Shown here piece after piece: positions 18,792-28,608 of a DNA stretch of 64,000 bases (its first letter is position 1; every line of letters begins with the position of its first letter). The notes below the pieces were generated by a model, which saw only the letters and a program-made list of their open reading frames with translations, was not told the origin of the DNA and made no database searches. Both the position numbers and the translations under genes were made by a program. The stretch lies in assembly GCA_031370645.1 (NCBI GenBank), contig JANMQV010000071.1, positions 1-64,000 on the forward strand. The letters are read 5' to 3'. The DNA is from Candidatus Eiseniibacteriota bacterium. Lineage in GTDB: Bacteria > Eisenbacteria > RBG-16-71-46 > SZUA-252.

Positions 18792-19495
18792 TCCGCCGCA
18801 TCCTCGCCGCCTCCTCGCTCGCCGCCGCCCTTCTTCTCCTGGCCGCTCCCTCGTGGGCGGGAAAGCGGGAGCCGCGGGGCCGCACTTGGGCGCACGATTT
18901 TCAGGCGGACACGCTCGGCATGGCGCCCTCCGGCGCCGTCGTGATGGGGGGCACGTGGGTCGTGCTGGAAGACTCCTCGGCCGCGCCGACCGATGCCGGC
19001 GCTCCCGCCTCCGATCCAGGTTTGGCTGACGCACGCCGGGCGCCGCGCCTTCTCCGGCAGACCTCGGGCGAGGAAGCGCGGGCGTTGAATTGGATCCGGC
19101 TCCAGAAGCCGACGCTCGACACGGGCGAATTCTCGGTCCGGTTCCGGATCCGGTCCGGCGACATCGATCCCTCGGTCGGGATTCTGTTCCAGATCGATCC
19201 GAAGGGGAGAAACGGGTATCTCGTGCGGGTGAGCGGCGCCGACGACGAGCTGATCGCCCACTACCTGCTCTCGGGAAAGCGCCGCGACATCAAGATGCAG
19301 AAGATGAAGGCCCCACCGTTGGACGAATGGCACTCGCTCGGCATTCGCCGCGAGCGGGAGCGAATCGTGGTTCTCTATGACGGGGCGGAGAAGATGATCC
19401 TGCGCGATGAACGATTCACGCGCGGCACGGTCGGGCTTTGGACGGAAGACGACACGGTAGCGGATTTCGCCGACTTGAAGATTACAGCGCGGTAA
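18788..19495 (+). CDS. Secreted ConA-like/DUF1080-like domain protein
   Basis: Signal peptide; WHSL and GTVGLW..D....FADL motifs; ATGA-coupled to the upstream gene. Confidence 0.6.
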   Translation: MIRRILAASSLAAALLLLAAPSWAGKREPRGRTWAHDFQADTLGMAPSGAVVMGGTWVVLEDSSAAPTDAGAPASDPGLADARRAPRLLRQTSGEEARALNWIRLQKPTLDTGEFSVRFRIRSGDIDPSVGILFQIDPKGRNGYLVRVSGADDELIAHYLLSGKRRDIKMQKMKAPPLDEWHSLGIRRERERIVVLYDGAEKMILRDERFTRGTVGLWTEDDTVADFADLKITAR

Positions 19496-19499
19496 GCGG

Positions 19500-19682
19500 T
19501 GAAGCGGTCCCCGGGGAAGTGAGGGGCGCGCCGATTCGGCACGTTTGGAGTCGGGTGCCGGTGAGTACCGCGAGCTCCGTGGCGTACCTCGCCATGCGCG
19601 CCCCGTCATCCGTGACAGGGGATCTGCGTCCCGGCCATCCTTGGCCGAGGCGCATCCGAACTAGATATTCGGATGCGCCTAT
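19500..19682 (-). ncRNA. Candidate sRNA with ANGGA hairpin loops (CsrB/RsmZ-like)
   Basis: Lies between convergent genes; -10 TATCGT at 19690-19695; hairpins CGGCC-AAGGAU-GGCCG and GUC-ACGGAU-GAC, plus ACGGAG. Confidence 0.5.
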
Positions 19683-19774
19683 CAATTGAACGATACCCCA
19701 AACCTTGGGGACGCGCTACCAGAACGACTTAGGGGCGTGAAATTTCCTTTGCCCGCTGGCCCAAGCCCCCCCCG

Positions 19775-21169
19775 CTAGGCCCCGGCCGGGGCCCCGATCC
19801 GGGCCGCCACTTCATAGAGATAGGCCGCAGCCGCCCGAGACCCATTCCGGAACGCCTCAAGTCGGAAGTGCTCGTTTGGGGCGTGGAGATTGTCTCCCGG
19901 TAGCCCGAAGCCCATCATGACGCAGCTCGCTTTCGTCGCCTCGACCAAGGGGGCCACGATCGGGATCGAGCCACCCATGTTGTAGATCACCGCCTTCTTC
20001 CCGTACCCCGCCTCCATCGCCTTCAGGCCCGCCTGCACGTAGGGATCGGTCATGTCGGCGCGGAACGGGCGGCCATCGCCGTAGCGGCCGAACTCGACCT
20101 TTCCCTTGTCCCCGACGAGCTCCGTCACGTACTTCACGAACGACGCGTGGATCTTGTCGCCCTTCTGATTGTGGACGAGGCGCATGCTCACCTTCGCCAT
20201 CGCCTTGTTGCCGATGACCGTCTTGAATCCGCTCCCCGTGTAACCGCCGAGAATTCCGTTCACCTGAAGCGTCGGCCGCACGGTTCCCGCCTCACGCACC
20301 GTGAAGCCCTCCTCGGAGAAGAGTCGCGCGACGCCAATATCCTTCGCCTTCTCCTCGTCTTTCCAGGGCCCCGAGGCGAGCGCGCGTCGCTCCTCGGCGC
20401 CCGGCACGACGACATCGTCGTAAAAGCCGGGAACGAGGACCTTCCCCGTCTTGAAGTCCTTCAGGTTTTGGAGCACCCACCGGAGCACGTCGATCGGCTC
20501 GTAGGTCATCCCACCCCATTCGCCCGAATGAAGATCTCCGGAGGCGCCGGTGATCGTGATGTCGGTCGTCACGATCCCGCGAAGCGTCGTGCAAATTGCG
20601 GGATGCTCGAGGCTCGGACTCGCACAATCCGCGACCACGAAGACATCGCACTTCAATTGGTCCATGTGCTTCGGGAATTCGAGAGTAATCGCCTCTCCGT
20701 CGAACTCCTCGTCCGATTCGATGATGAATTTGACGTTCACCGGGAGCCGGCCGGCGGTCTTCAGCACCGACTCAACGCCGGCGATCTGGGCGTAGTGCTG
20801 CCCCTTGTTGTCGTCCGCGCCGCGGGCCCAGATCGAGCCGTCCCGGATCTGGGGCTCGAACGGAGGGGTCGTCCAGAGGTCGAGCGGATCGACCGGCTGG
20901 ACGTCCACGTGGCCGTAGATGAGGACGGTCGGGAGCGAAGGATCCTCGATCCGCTCGGCGAAGAGGCCCTTATGGGAGCGGGTCGGCCAGACCTCCGTCT
21001 TGAAGCCGAGCGACTCGAGCTTTCGCTTGTCGAACTCCATGGCGGCGAGGACGTCGGCGTCCCGGTCGGGGTGCGCGCTGATGCTCGGAATGCGCAGGAA
21101 CTGCATCAGCTCATCGACGAAGCGGGACTGGTTGGCATCGAGATATTGAAATGCGGCCTCGCGGCTCAT
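19775..21169 (-). CDS. M20 family dipeptidase
   Basis: YGHVDVQP, ARGADDNKGQ, ESDEE, DLHSG, HAPNEH. Confidence 0.9.
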   Translation of the reverse strand: MSREAAFQYLDANQSRFVDELMQFLRIPSISAHPDRDADVLAAMEFDKRKLESLGFKTEVWPTRSHKGLFAERIEDPSLPTVLIYGHVDVQPVDPLDLWTTPPFEPQIRDGSIWARGADDNKGQHYAQIAGVESVLKTAGRLPVNVKFIIESDEEFDGEAITLEFPKHMDQLKCDVFVVADCASPSLEHPAICTTLRGIVTTDITITGASGDLHSGEWGGMTYEPIDVLRWVLQNLKDFKTGKVLVPGFYDDVVVPGAEERRALASGPWKDEEKAKDIGVARLFSEEGFTVREAGTVRPTLQVNGILGGYTGSGFKTVIGNKAMAKVSMRLVHNQKGDKIHASFVKYVTELVGDKGKVEFGRYGDGRPFRADMTDPYVQAGLKAMEAGYGKKAVIYNMGGSIPIVAPLVEATKASCVMMGFGLPGDNLHAPNEHFRLEAFRNGSRAAAAYLYEVAARIGAPAGA

Positions 21170-21383
21170 GAAGGCTCCAAGCGTGAAGGGTAGTGGGCGA
21201 AGGGTCGAAGCCCCTTGATCCTAGCGGGTCCTGCGATTGGGGGCAATTCCGACCGACGTTTGGGGAAACTCCCCCAGGTCCGCCTCGCGAATTGCAAGTC
21301 GCGGCCAAAAGCCGCGCGGCCGGTCCTAACCAACTCTGTGCTTCTCCACCGGTTACCTCCTCGGTCCGACCCCCTCCCAGACG

Positions 21384-21399
21384 CGGCCCGGAACTTGCC
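21384..21399 (+). promoter_or_regulatory. Putative sigma54 promoter of the flp/tad operon
   Basis: CGGCCCGGAACTTGCC, i.e. GG-N10-GC with TTGC. Confidence 0.5.
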
Positions 21400-21554
21400 A
21401 AACAGATTGAGCGCGTGCGCCAGAGGCGCCCCTTCCCGCGGCGGGGAGGAGAAGCCGAGGACGCATCAGTGAGACGCCTGGCTCGGTAGGGACCGAAGTG
21501 AGATCGGACCGTAGGACAGGCAAACGTCAACGCCTCAAAGCGGAGGAAAACCCC

Positions 21555-21740
21555 ATGTTGAATCTCAAGGGCTTCATTCAGGACGAGCGTGGTGAGGATC
21601 TTATCGAGTACGGCCTTCTGGCGGCGTTCGTGGCTGCCATCGCGCTGGCCGTGATCATCGCGGATCCGCTCGGCCTCAGCACGGCCGTCGAAGGTGCCTA
21701 CCAGTCGGCCGTCGACGCGCTTACCAGCGTCACCCCGTAA
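21555..21740 (+). CDS. flp: Flp/type IVb (Tad) major pilin
   Basis: FIQDERG^EDLIEYGLL Flp motif plus hydrophobic helix; GGAGG RBS. Confidence 0.9.
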   Translation: MLNLKGFIQDERGEDLIEYGLLAAFVAAIALAVIIADPLGLSTAVEGAYQSAVDALTSVTP

Positions 21741-21761
21741 GGCAAAAGGAACCACGGTCCC

Positions 21762-22295
21762 GTGCACACTTCTTACTGGATGACCGGCGGCGCGGTCCTA
21801 GTGTGCGGCGCGGCGACCTACTGGGACCTGCGTGAACGCAGGATCCCGAACGCAGTGACCCTTCCGGCCCTGGTGCTCGCGCTCTGCCTACATGGCGCGA
21901 CCCAGGCCGGACAGGGCCTTCTCCTTTCCGCTCTCGGCGCTGTCGTGGCGGGTGCCCTGCTTCTCCCGGGCTACCTCCTCAAGGCGACCGGAGCCGGAGA
22001 CGTGAAGCTCCTGATGGCGGTCGGTGCGTTTCTCGGATGGCCCACGGCTCTTCTGGCGGGCCTCCTCTCCCTGCTGGTGGGGGGCGTACTCGGCCTCGTG
22101 TTCGCGCTCTTGAAAGGGCGCCTCGGCACCGTCCTCAACCGCTCGTTCGGATTGGCCCGCTGGATGGCCCTCAAGGCCGCCGGCGCCCCCCTGGACCGTC
22201 CAGGGACCTCCGGACTAAAGCTTCCGTTCGGAGTGGCGATCGCACTCGCCACCGTTTGGGTCGCGTGGGGCCCCCCCTTGGGAGGTATCCGATGA
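21762..22295 (+). CDS. cpaA: A24 prepilin peptidase TadV/CpaA
   Basis: DLRERRIPN, GAGDVKL, LPFGVAI. Confidence 0.9.
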   Translation: MHTSYWMTGGAVLVCGAATYWDLRERRIPNAVTLPALVLALCLHGATQAGQGLLLSALGAVVAGALLLPGYLLKATGAGDVKLLMAVGAFLGWPTALLAGLLSLLVGGVLGLVFALLKGRLGTVLNRSFGLARWMALKAAGAPLDRPGTSGLKLPFGVAIALATVWVAWGPPLGGIR

Positions 22296-22738
22296 AGCTA
22301 TGGAACACCCCGGCCCCGGCCGATAAACCGGGAAACGGAAGAAACTGCCGTCGAAATCCGGAGTCGGGCGTCGCGCTCATCGAGTCGGCGTTCGTCTTGC
22401 CGCTTCTGCTCGTATTGACGATGGGCATGCTCGACTTCGGTCGGGCGTTTCATACGAAGAGCGTCCTCGATCAGGCGGCGAGGGAGGGAGCACGGATCGC
22501 CGTCGTGACCTCGCCCGATACCGATCTGGTTACGGACAAGGTAAACGCCGTGCTGGCGTCGAGCGGTGTTACGGCCTCGTCGGTTCTGATCACGGGCCCC
22601 GATGCCGCTCACATGGTCACCGTCACCGTGACCGCGACATTTACGTTCATTACCCCGGGCGTCTTCGCTCTGGTCAACGGCAATTACGGGAACACGATCC
22701 CAATGTCGGGCCAGACGGTGATGCGGTTCGAAGGCTGA
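22292..22738 (+). CDS. tadE: TadE-family pseudopilin
   Basis: G^VALIESAFVLPLLL...DFGR...AAREGAR. Confidence 0.88.
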   Translation: MKLWNTPAPADKPGNGRNCRRNPESGVALIESAFVLPLLLVLTMGMLDFGRAFHTKSVLDQAAREGARIAVVTSPDTDLVTDKVNAVLASSGVTASSVLITGPDAAHMVTVTVTATFTFITPGVFALVNGNYGNTIPMSGQTVMRFEG

Positions 22739-22759
22739 TTGAGAGGAGGAGTCCGAAAC

Positions 22760-23659
22760 ATGTCTCGATCGAAAACCACGCTCACGTTGGCTCTGGTGCT
22801 GGGCCTTTTGGCGGCACTCGCGGGTTACGCCGGCCTCAAGGCCACGGCTACCCAGGTGGCCGTCAACACGTCGAAGAATTTCGTCCCGGTCGTTGTGACG
22901 GCGACGGACCTCACCTTCGGCACCAAGCTCGACCGGGCGCAGCTGCGCGTGGTGCGCTATCCCAAGGAGAGCGTTCCGAACGGGGCCTACTCGAGCATCG
23001 ATTCGGTCGCCGGCCAGACGACGAAGATCTTCCTGGCCGCCCGTGAGCCGATCACCGAACTGAAACTCTCGTCGCGCGGCGGCGGGCTATCGATGTTGGT
23101 CCGTCCCGGCATGCGCGCCACGAGCCTTGAAGTAAATCAGGTCTCCGGCGTGAGCGGCTTCGTTCTTCCGGGTGACAAGATCGACGTGCTCTGCACGATC
23201 GACGGCCACGGCTCCGATGAAGATACCGTCACGAAGACCATTCTCCAGAACGCCGAAGTGCTCGCGTCGGGCCAGAAGACGGCCCAGCAGGACAACAAAC
23301 CGATCACCGTGCAGGCGGTCACCATCCTCGTGACTCCGGCCGGCGCCGAGAAGCTGGCGCTCGGTCTGAGCGAAGGACGGCTCCACCTCGTGCTCCGCAA
23401 CCCCGAAGACTCCGACACGGTTCAAGTGGCGTCGCTCAGCACGCCGCAAATGCTCGCCGGCGTTACGCCGAACAGCACGGAAGCGGTTCGCCGCGCGCCT
23501 CCCCGAGGCTCCAAGGTCTCGAAGGTCTCGAAGGCGCCCACGACGACCACGACCGAAACCCGCCCGGTTCGCATCGGACGGGAGCCCAAGCCGGTGGTCA
23601 GAATCATTCGGGAAGCCAAGGTGACCGAGCAGTCGGCGCCGAAGGATTCCGCGCAGTAA
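22760..23659 (+). CDS. cpaB: Flp pilus assembly protein CpaB/RcpC
   Basis: SAF domain; PGMRA, GVSGFVLPGDKIDV, LVLRN. Confidence 0.9.
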   Translation: MSRSKTTLTLALVLGLLAALAGYAGLKATATQVAVNTSKNFVPVVVTATDLTFGTKLDRAQLRVVRYPKESVPNGAYSSIDSVAGQTTKIFLAAREPITELKLSSRGGGLSMLVRPGMRATSLEVNQVSGVSGFVLPGDKIDVLCTIDGHGSDEDTVTKTILQNAEVLASGQKTAQQDNKPITVQAVTILVTPAGAEKLALGLSEGRLHLVLRNPEDSDTVQVASLSTPQMLAGVTPNSTEAVRRAPPRGSKVSKVSKAPTTTTTETRPVRIGREPKPVVRIIREAKVTEQSAPKDSAQ

Positions 23660-23687
23660 TTCACGTCTCTACGGAAGGAGATCTAGA

Positions 23688-24830
23688 ATGAATCGCCAGA
23701 ACCAGACCTCGATGGACCGCTGCGGGCGCCTCAAGGCCCTTGCCGCGATCCTCTCCCTCGGCCTCGCGTTCGCCGGGTTCGCATCCCCGGCAACCGCGGC
23801 GTCCGGCTCCGCGTTCCCGCTTGCGGTGAGCGTCGGTCAGTCGCTCGTCCTCGAGACGCCGAACGAAGTGAGCACCGTTTCAATCGCCGACCCCAAGGTG
23901 GCGGACGCGGCGGTCGGCTCGCAGCGAACGGTTGTCGTGAACGGCAAGGCCGCGGGCGTCACCTCCCTCGTGGTCTGGGAGGAAGGCGGGAAGTACACGC
24001 TCTATCAGGTGACCTGCACCGACCCGCGTCGCAAGCAGCAGGTCCTCTTGAAGGTCAAAGTCTCGGAAGTCCTCACCGATAAAATGAAGGAACTCGGGCT
24101 CGACTGGCAGGGTAGCGTCACGTCGGCCCAGCACCTCGACGGCACGCTCCGCGCGGGCCTCTTCACGACGAAGGTCGAGACGCCGAACGAGCCGCTTCTG
24201 CTCGGATCGAAGACCGACGCCTTCGCCGTCTGGAACAAGACCTCTGGCTCAGCGCGCTTCATGACCACGCTACGAGTTCTCGAGGAGAACGGCTCGGCCC
24301 GCACGCTCGCGAGCCCGAACCTGGTCGCTCTGAGCGGCGATTCGGCGTCCTTCCTGGCCGGCGGCGAGTTCCCGGTGCCGGTTCCGCGCTCGGTTTCGGG
24401 CGAGGCATCCTCCGTCACGATCGAGTGGAAGGAATACGGCGTGAAGCTCGGATTCCTGCCGACCGTGCTCGGTGACAATCGCATTCAGTTGGCCGTCTCC
24501 CCTGAAGTCAGCGCCCCCGACTACTCGCGCGGTCTTCAACTCGCGGGATACGTCGTGCCGGGCCTCGTCAGCCGGAAGATTTCGACGACCGTCGAATTGA
24601 ATTCGGGCGACGTGCTGGTCATCGGCGGCGTGAAGCAGGAAGAGACCTCGGTTCGGACGAAGAAGGTCCCGATCCTCGGCGACATCCCGATTCTCAACTT
24701 CTTCTTCAAGCACAAGTCGACGTCCAAGATCTCGCGCGACCTCCTGATCGTCGTCACGCCGGAGATCCTCGGGCAAATGGCCAAGACCGACCCCGCACTC
24801 CCGACGGACGCTCCGGAGAAGGTGAAATAA
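23688..24830 (+). CDS. cpaC: Tad secretin CpaC/RcpA
   Basis: QVLLKVKVSEV, LASPNLVALSG..ASFLAGGEFPVP, KVPILGDIPIL. Confidence 0.9.
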   Translation: MNRQNQTSMDRCGRLKALAAILSLGLAFAGFASPATAASGSAFPLAVSVGQSLVLETPNEVSTVSIADPKVADAAVGSQRTVVVNGKAAGVTSLVVWEEGGKYTLYQVTCTDPRRKQQVLLKVKVSEVLTDKMKELGLDWQGSVTSAQHLDGTLRAGLFTTKVETPNEPLLLGSKTDAFAVWNKTSGSARFMTTLRVLEENGSARTLASPNLVALSGDSASFLAGGEFPVPVPRSVSGEASSVTIEWKEYGVKLGFLPTVLGDNRIQLAVSPEVSAPDYSRGLQLAGYVVPGLVSRKISTTVELNSGDVLVIGGVKQEETSVRTKKVPILGDIPILNFFFKHKSTSKISRDLLIVVTPEILGQMAKTDPALPTDAPEKVK

Positions 24831-24835
24831 CGAGC

Positions 24836-25882
24836 ATGAATCTCGCTCCGAATCACGAGAGCCGGCAGCGCAGGCCTGACGAGGGGATCGCGGTCATCTG
24901 GGTCGCGGTCTTCCTCCTGGTCTCGCTCTGGTTCGTCTCGCTGGCCATCGACATGGGTAAGTTGATGGCGGCGAAGACCGAACTCCAGGCCGCGGCTGAT
25001 GCAGCCGCTCTGGCTGCCGCCTCCTCCGTCGATCTGAAGACGGGGAAGATCGTGCAGGACCAGGCTCGGATTCGGGCGGCGCTCGTGGCTTCGAAGAACC
25101 GTGCCTACGAAGGGGTCGAAACCCCGGTCGTCATCGACGCGGCGGGTGATGTCTCCTTCCCAGCGGCGAATCGAGTGCGGGTGATCGTCCGGCGCGAGTC
25201 CGCGACTGGAAATCCTGTGCTGACGCACTTCGCCCAGACACTGGGAATGCCGGCGTTAAGCGTCAATGCGGACGCCACGGCCGAAGTGCGAGTGATTGGC
25301 GAACCGTGCGAGCGTCTGGCACCGTTTGCCCCGGAGGACGTTCCACCGGCCGGATTCGTTTCGGATTGCGCCGTGGACTATGTGTTGAAGGACGGCTCCG
25401 GAGGTGGCTCCACCTCGGGAAACTTCCAGCTTCTCGACTATCCGCCTTGCCCCGAGAGCGACTTCAATGGTGGTGGCGCGGCGGCGATTTATCAGTACAC
25501 GCGATACGGCTACGACTGCTGCCTCAACATCGGGCAGGAGCTCGTCTGGACGCAGCCCGGAAACAAGGTCGGTCCGTTTCGGTCGGCGCTTCAGGATCGC
25601 TTCGACGAGGACACCGACCGCCGGAACGGCATCTGCTTTCAGGACTACACAGGCAACGCCAAGCGCATCTTCATCACGCCGATCATCGAGTCGTTCAACG
25701 TGAACGGAAGGAAGCAGGTTCGCATCGTGAAATTCGCGGCCTTCTTCCTGAAGGATCGCCCGGCGGGCAGCATGGTGAAGATCGGCGTGCGTGGGCAGTT
25801 CATCAACTACGTGGTTCCCGGAAACAGCGGCCCGAATCCTCCGGCCGACAGCAAGATCTTCGGCATTCACCTGGTCGAATAG
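24836..25882 (+). CDS. tadG: TadG-family pilus-associated protein
   Basis: G^IAVIWVA...AIDMG...ELQAAADAAALAAA. Confidence 0.85.
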   Translation: MNLAPNHESRQRRPDEGIAVIWVAVFLLVSLWFVSLAIDMGKLMAAKTELQAAADAAALAAASSVDLKTGKIVQDQARIRAALVASKNRAYEGVETPVVIDAAGDVSFPAANRVRVIVRRESATGNPVLTHFAQTLGMPALSVNADATAEVRVIGEPCERLAPFAPEDVPPAGFVSDCAVDYVLKDGSGGGSTSGNFQLLDYPPCPESDFNGGGAAAIYQYTRYGYDCCLNIGQELVWTQPGNKVGPFRSALQDRFDEDTDRRNGICFQDYTGNAKRIFITPIIESFNVNGRKQVRIVKFAAFFLKDRPAGSMVKIGVRGQFINYVVPGNSGPNPPADSKIFGIHLVE

Positions 25883-25894
25883 GGAGAGGTCGTC

Positions 25895-27214
25895 ATGGCG
25901 GACGGAGATCACAAGAACGGCACGTGGAACGGCGGCGCTCAGGGTCCAGGACCCGGCGTGCCCGCGAATGGGAACGGAACGGGATCGTCGGGCCAGCGCT
26001 CGCACTCCGGGCCGGAGCCGATCACGGTGCTCGTGATTCTAGAAGACGAATCGTCGCGGCGCTCGACGCTGGCGATGGTGCAGGGCATGCCCGGCGTCGA
26101 AGTGGTCGGCGAACGGCACGAGCTTCGTAGCGGACTCCTCCTGGCGCGCCAGAAGAAGCCGCGCATCGTCGTGCTCGACCTTCCCGCCGACTACGAGGAG
26201 TCGCTGAACGCGGCCGCTCAATTCAAACTCGACGCGCCGGATACGGCGCTCTTTCTGGTCGGTGGTTCGCTCGATCCGCAGTTCTTGCTCAAGGCGATTC
26301 GCGCGGGCGCCCAGGAAGTGTTGAAGAAGCCCCTCGACCGGGCCGTGATTCAGGAAGCGATCGAGCGTGTCTCACGGAGCGGCGCCGCCCGCTCCGCCGC
26401 GGCGGGATCCCGAGCGCGCTCGATCATCACCGTCTTCACGACCAAGGGCGGCGTCGGATCCACGACGCTCGCCGCGAACTTGGCCGTGAGTCTCAAGGCT
26501 CAGTACGGAGTGGAGACGGTGCTGGCCGACTTCGAAACGCAGGCGGGCGGCGGAGCCCACGTGCTCGGCCTGAAGGGGGACCGGTCGATCAACGACCTCC
26601 TCCGTGCGCCGCGACTCGACTCGGCCGCGCTCACGATGAACCTGCTCCGGCACCAGAGCGGCTTGGCCGTGCTGGCGCAGCCGGAGGAGCTGACGCACGC
26701 GGAGCCGCTCACGGCGGCCCAGGCCGGCGAAATCGTCGACGCCCTCTCCGCGACGTTCGACTGCGTCGTTGTCGACTCGCCCCACGCCTTCGAGGAGATC
26801 TCGCTCGAGCTGCTCGACCGCAGCACGATCATTCTCCTGGTCGTGGAACTCAGCATTCCGTCGATTCGCGCCACGCGCCGCGCCCTGGAGGTGCTGGAAC
26901 ATCTGCGCTTCACCGAGATTCCGAACCGCGTGCAGCTGGTCGTGAACCGCTACAGCGGCTCCCGCGGCTTCATCACGCTCGACCAGCTGCATGAGGCGGT
27001 CGGCATGAGGGCCGCGCACACCGTGCACAACGACTACCGCCGCGTCTTCGCGTCGGTGAACGCCGGCCGCGCGCTCTGTCTGGACGATCCGGACGCGCCG
27101 GCGGCGAAAGACATCACCGCGATGGCCGGTAGACTGATCGGCCGAGAAACCCCGGCGACGCCCGTCGAAGACAACCTTCGTCGGGGATTCTTCGGAAGGA
27201 AGGTGCTTCGATGA
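25895..27214 (+). CDS. cpaE: CpaE/TadZ (receiver-like domain plus MinD/ParA ATPase)
   Basis: AIRAGAQEVL; KGGVGSTTLAANLA deviant Walker A. Confidence 0.88.
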   Translation: MADGDHKNGTWNGGAQGPGPGVPANGNGTGSSGQRSHSGPEPITVLVILEDESSRRSTLAMVQGMPGVEVVGERHELRSGLLLARQKKPRIVVLDLPADYEESLNAAAQFKLDAPDTALFLVGGSLDPQFLLKAIRAGAQEVLKKPLDRAVIQEAIERVSRSGAARSAAAGSRARSIITVFTTKGGVGSTTLAANLAVSLKAQYGVETVLADFETQAGGGAHVLGLKGDRSINDLLRAPRLDSAALTMNLLRHQSGLAVLAQPEELTHAEPLTAAQAGEIVDALSATFDCVVVDSPHAFEEISLELLDRSTIILLVVELSIPSIRATRRALEVLEHLRFTEIPNRVQLVVNRYSGSRGFITLDQLHEAVGMRAAHTVHNDYRRVFASVNAGRALCLDDPDAPAAKDITAMAGRLIGRETPATPVEDNLRRGFFGRKVLR

Positions 27215-28608
27215 ACCTGCGAGATCGATTCCGGAAGCCGGGAATGAGCCAGGCCGTGTCGCCTACCAACGGTTCGACGGCGCCCACCTTTGAGTCGGAG
27301 ACCAATGGCGTCACCGCCGTCCGGACCGGGCGCGGCGACGAGTACATGGAGTTGAAGCGCCGGATTCATCGGGAGCTGATCGGCAAGCTCAGCATGACCA
27401 ACCTGGAAGGGATGGACGAAGCACGCCGTCGCGACCAGGTGGAGGCGCTCGCGCGCCGCATCCTGGGCGAATCGAACCTCGGACTATCGCGCCCCGACGA
27501 GGAGCGCCTGATCCAGGAATTGCTGCACGACGCCTTCGACCTCGGGCCGATCACGCCCTACCTCCTGGACGAAGAAATCTCGGACATCCTGGTCAACACG
27601 CACCGGCAGGTCTACGTGGAACGCCTCGGCAAGCTCGAGATGACCGACGTCCAGTTCCGGGACGAAGCGCACCTCCGCCTCATCATCGATCGCATCATCT
27701 CGCGCGTCGGCCGCCGCATCGACGAGTCGACGCCTCTCGTGGACGCCCGGTTGCCGGACGGCTCGCGCGTGAACGCCATCATTCCGCCCGCCGCCATCGA
27801 CGGACCGATTCTTTCCATTCGCCGTTTCCGCCGCCGCGCCCTCTCCATGGAGAATCTCATGGAGCTCGGCTCGATCTCGGATCCGATGGCGAAGTTCCTG
27901 AACGGCTGCATCCGCGCCCGCCTGAACATGCTCATTACGGGCGGCACGGGTTCCGGTAAGACGACCCTTCTCAACATTCTTTCGCGCTACATCCCGGAAA
28001 ACGAGCGCGTGGTCACGATCGAGGACTCGGCGGAACTCCAGCTCCAGCAGCCGCACGTCGTCCGCCTCGAGACGCGCCCGCCCAATATCGAAGGGAAGGG
28101 GACGATCGCGCAGCGCGACCTCGTCCGAAACGCGCTCCGTATGCGTCCCGACCGCATCGTGGTCGGCGAAGTCCGCGGCGCGGAAGTGATCGACATGCTC
28201 CAGGCCATGAACACGGGCCATGACGGTTCGCTCTCGACGATTCACGCCAACACGTCTCGCGACGCGCTTCACCGGCTCGAGAACTTGGTCCTCATGGCCG
28301 GACTCGCGCTTCCGGATCGCGCCATCCGCGAGCAGGTGGCGTCGGCGCTCCAGCTCATCATCCACGTGTCGCGCGTCTCCGACGGTACCCGCAAGGTGCT
28401 GAGCATCCAGGAGATCGTGGGCATGGAGGGGCCGGTCGTCACCATGCAGGAAATCTTCCGCTTCCGCCGGACCGGTCTCGGTAAGGACGGCGCGGTCGAA
28501 GGCGTCTACGAAGCCACGGGTGTGGTTCCTCACCTCGTCGAGCGGATCGAGCTCGCCGGTGTGGACATGGGCGGTCTGTTCGAGCGTAGCGGAGGAGGGC
28601 GCCGATGA
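27211..28608 (+). CDS. cpaF: Tad secretion ATPase CpaF/TadA
   Basis: [32 protein letters not shown]. Confidence 0.95.
   Translation: MNLRDRFRKPGMSQAVSPTNGSTAPTFESETNGVTAVRTGRGDEYMELKRRIHRELIGKLSMTNLEGMDEARRRDQVEALARRILGESNLGLSRPDEERLIQELLHDAFDLGPITPYLLDEEISDILVNTHRQVYVERLGKLEMTDVQFRDEAHLRLIIDRIISRVGRRIDESTPLVDARLPDGSRVNAIIPPAAIDGPILSIRRFRRRALSMENLMELGSISDPMAKFLNGCIRARLNMLITGGTGSGKTTLLNILSRYIPENERVVTIEDSAELQLQQPHVVRLETRPPNIEGKGTIAQRDLVRNALRMRPDRIVVGEVRGAEVIDMLQAMNTGHDGSLSTIHANTSRDALHRLENLVLMAGLALPDRAIREQVASALQLIIHVSRVSDGTRKVLSIQEIVGMEGPVVTMQEIFRFRRTGLGKDGAVEGVYEATGVVPHLVERIELAGVDMGGLFERSGGGRR

Noticed and set aside
19523-19605. tRNA- or tmRNA-like GGGGCGC.../...GCGCCCC acceptor stem
   Set aside because: No T-loop (GTTCRA), D-loop or CCA; kept only as part of the candidate sRNA
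19482-19685. 67-aa minus-strand ORF in the structured gap
   Set aside because: No RBS or recognisable protein features; the region is better explained by RNA structure
21430-21540. c-di-GMP-I riboswitch upstream of flp (GGACGCA and GGCAAAC fragments)
   Set aside because: Fragments are in the wrong order and the GNRA/receptor stems are missing
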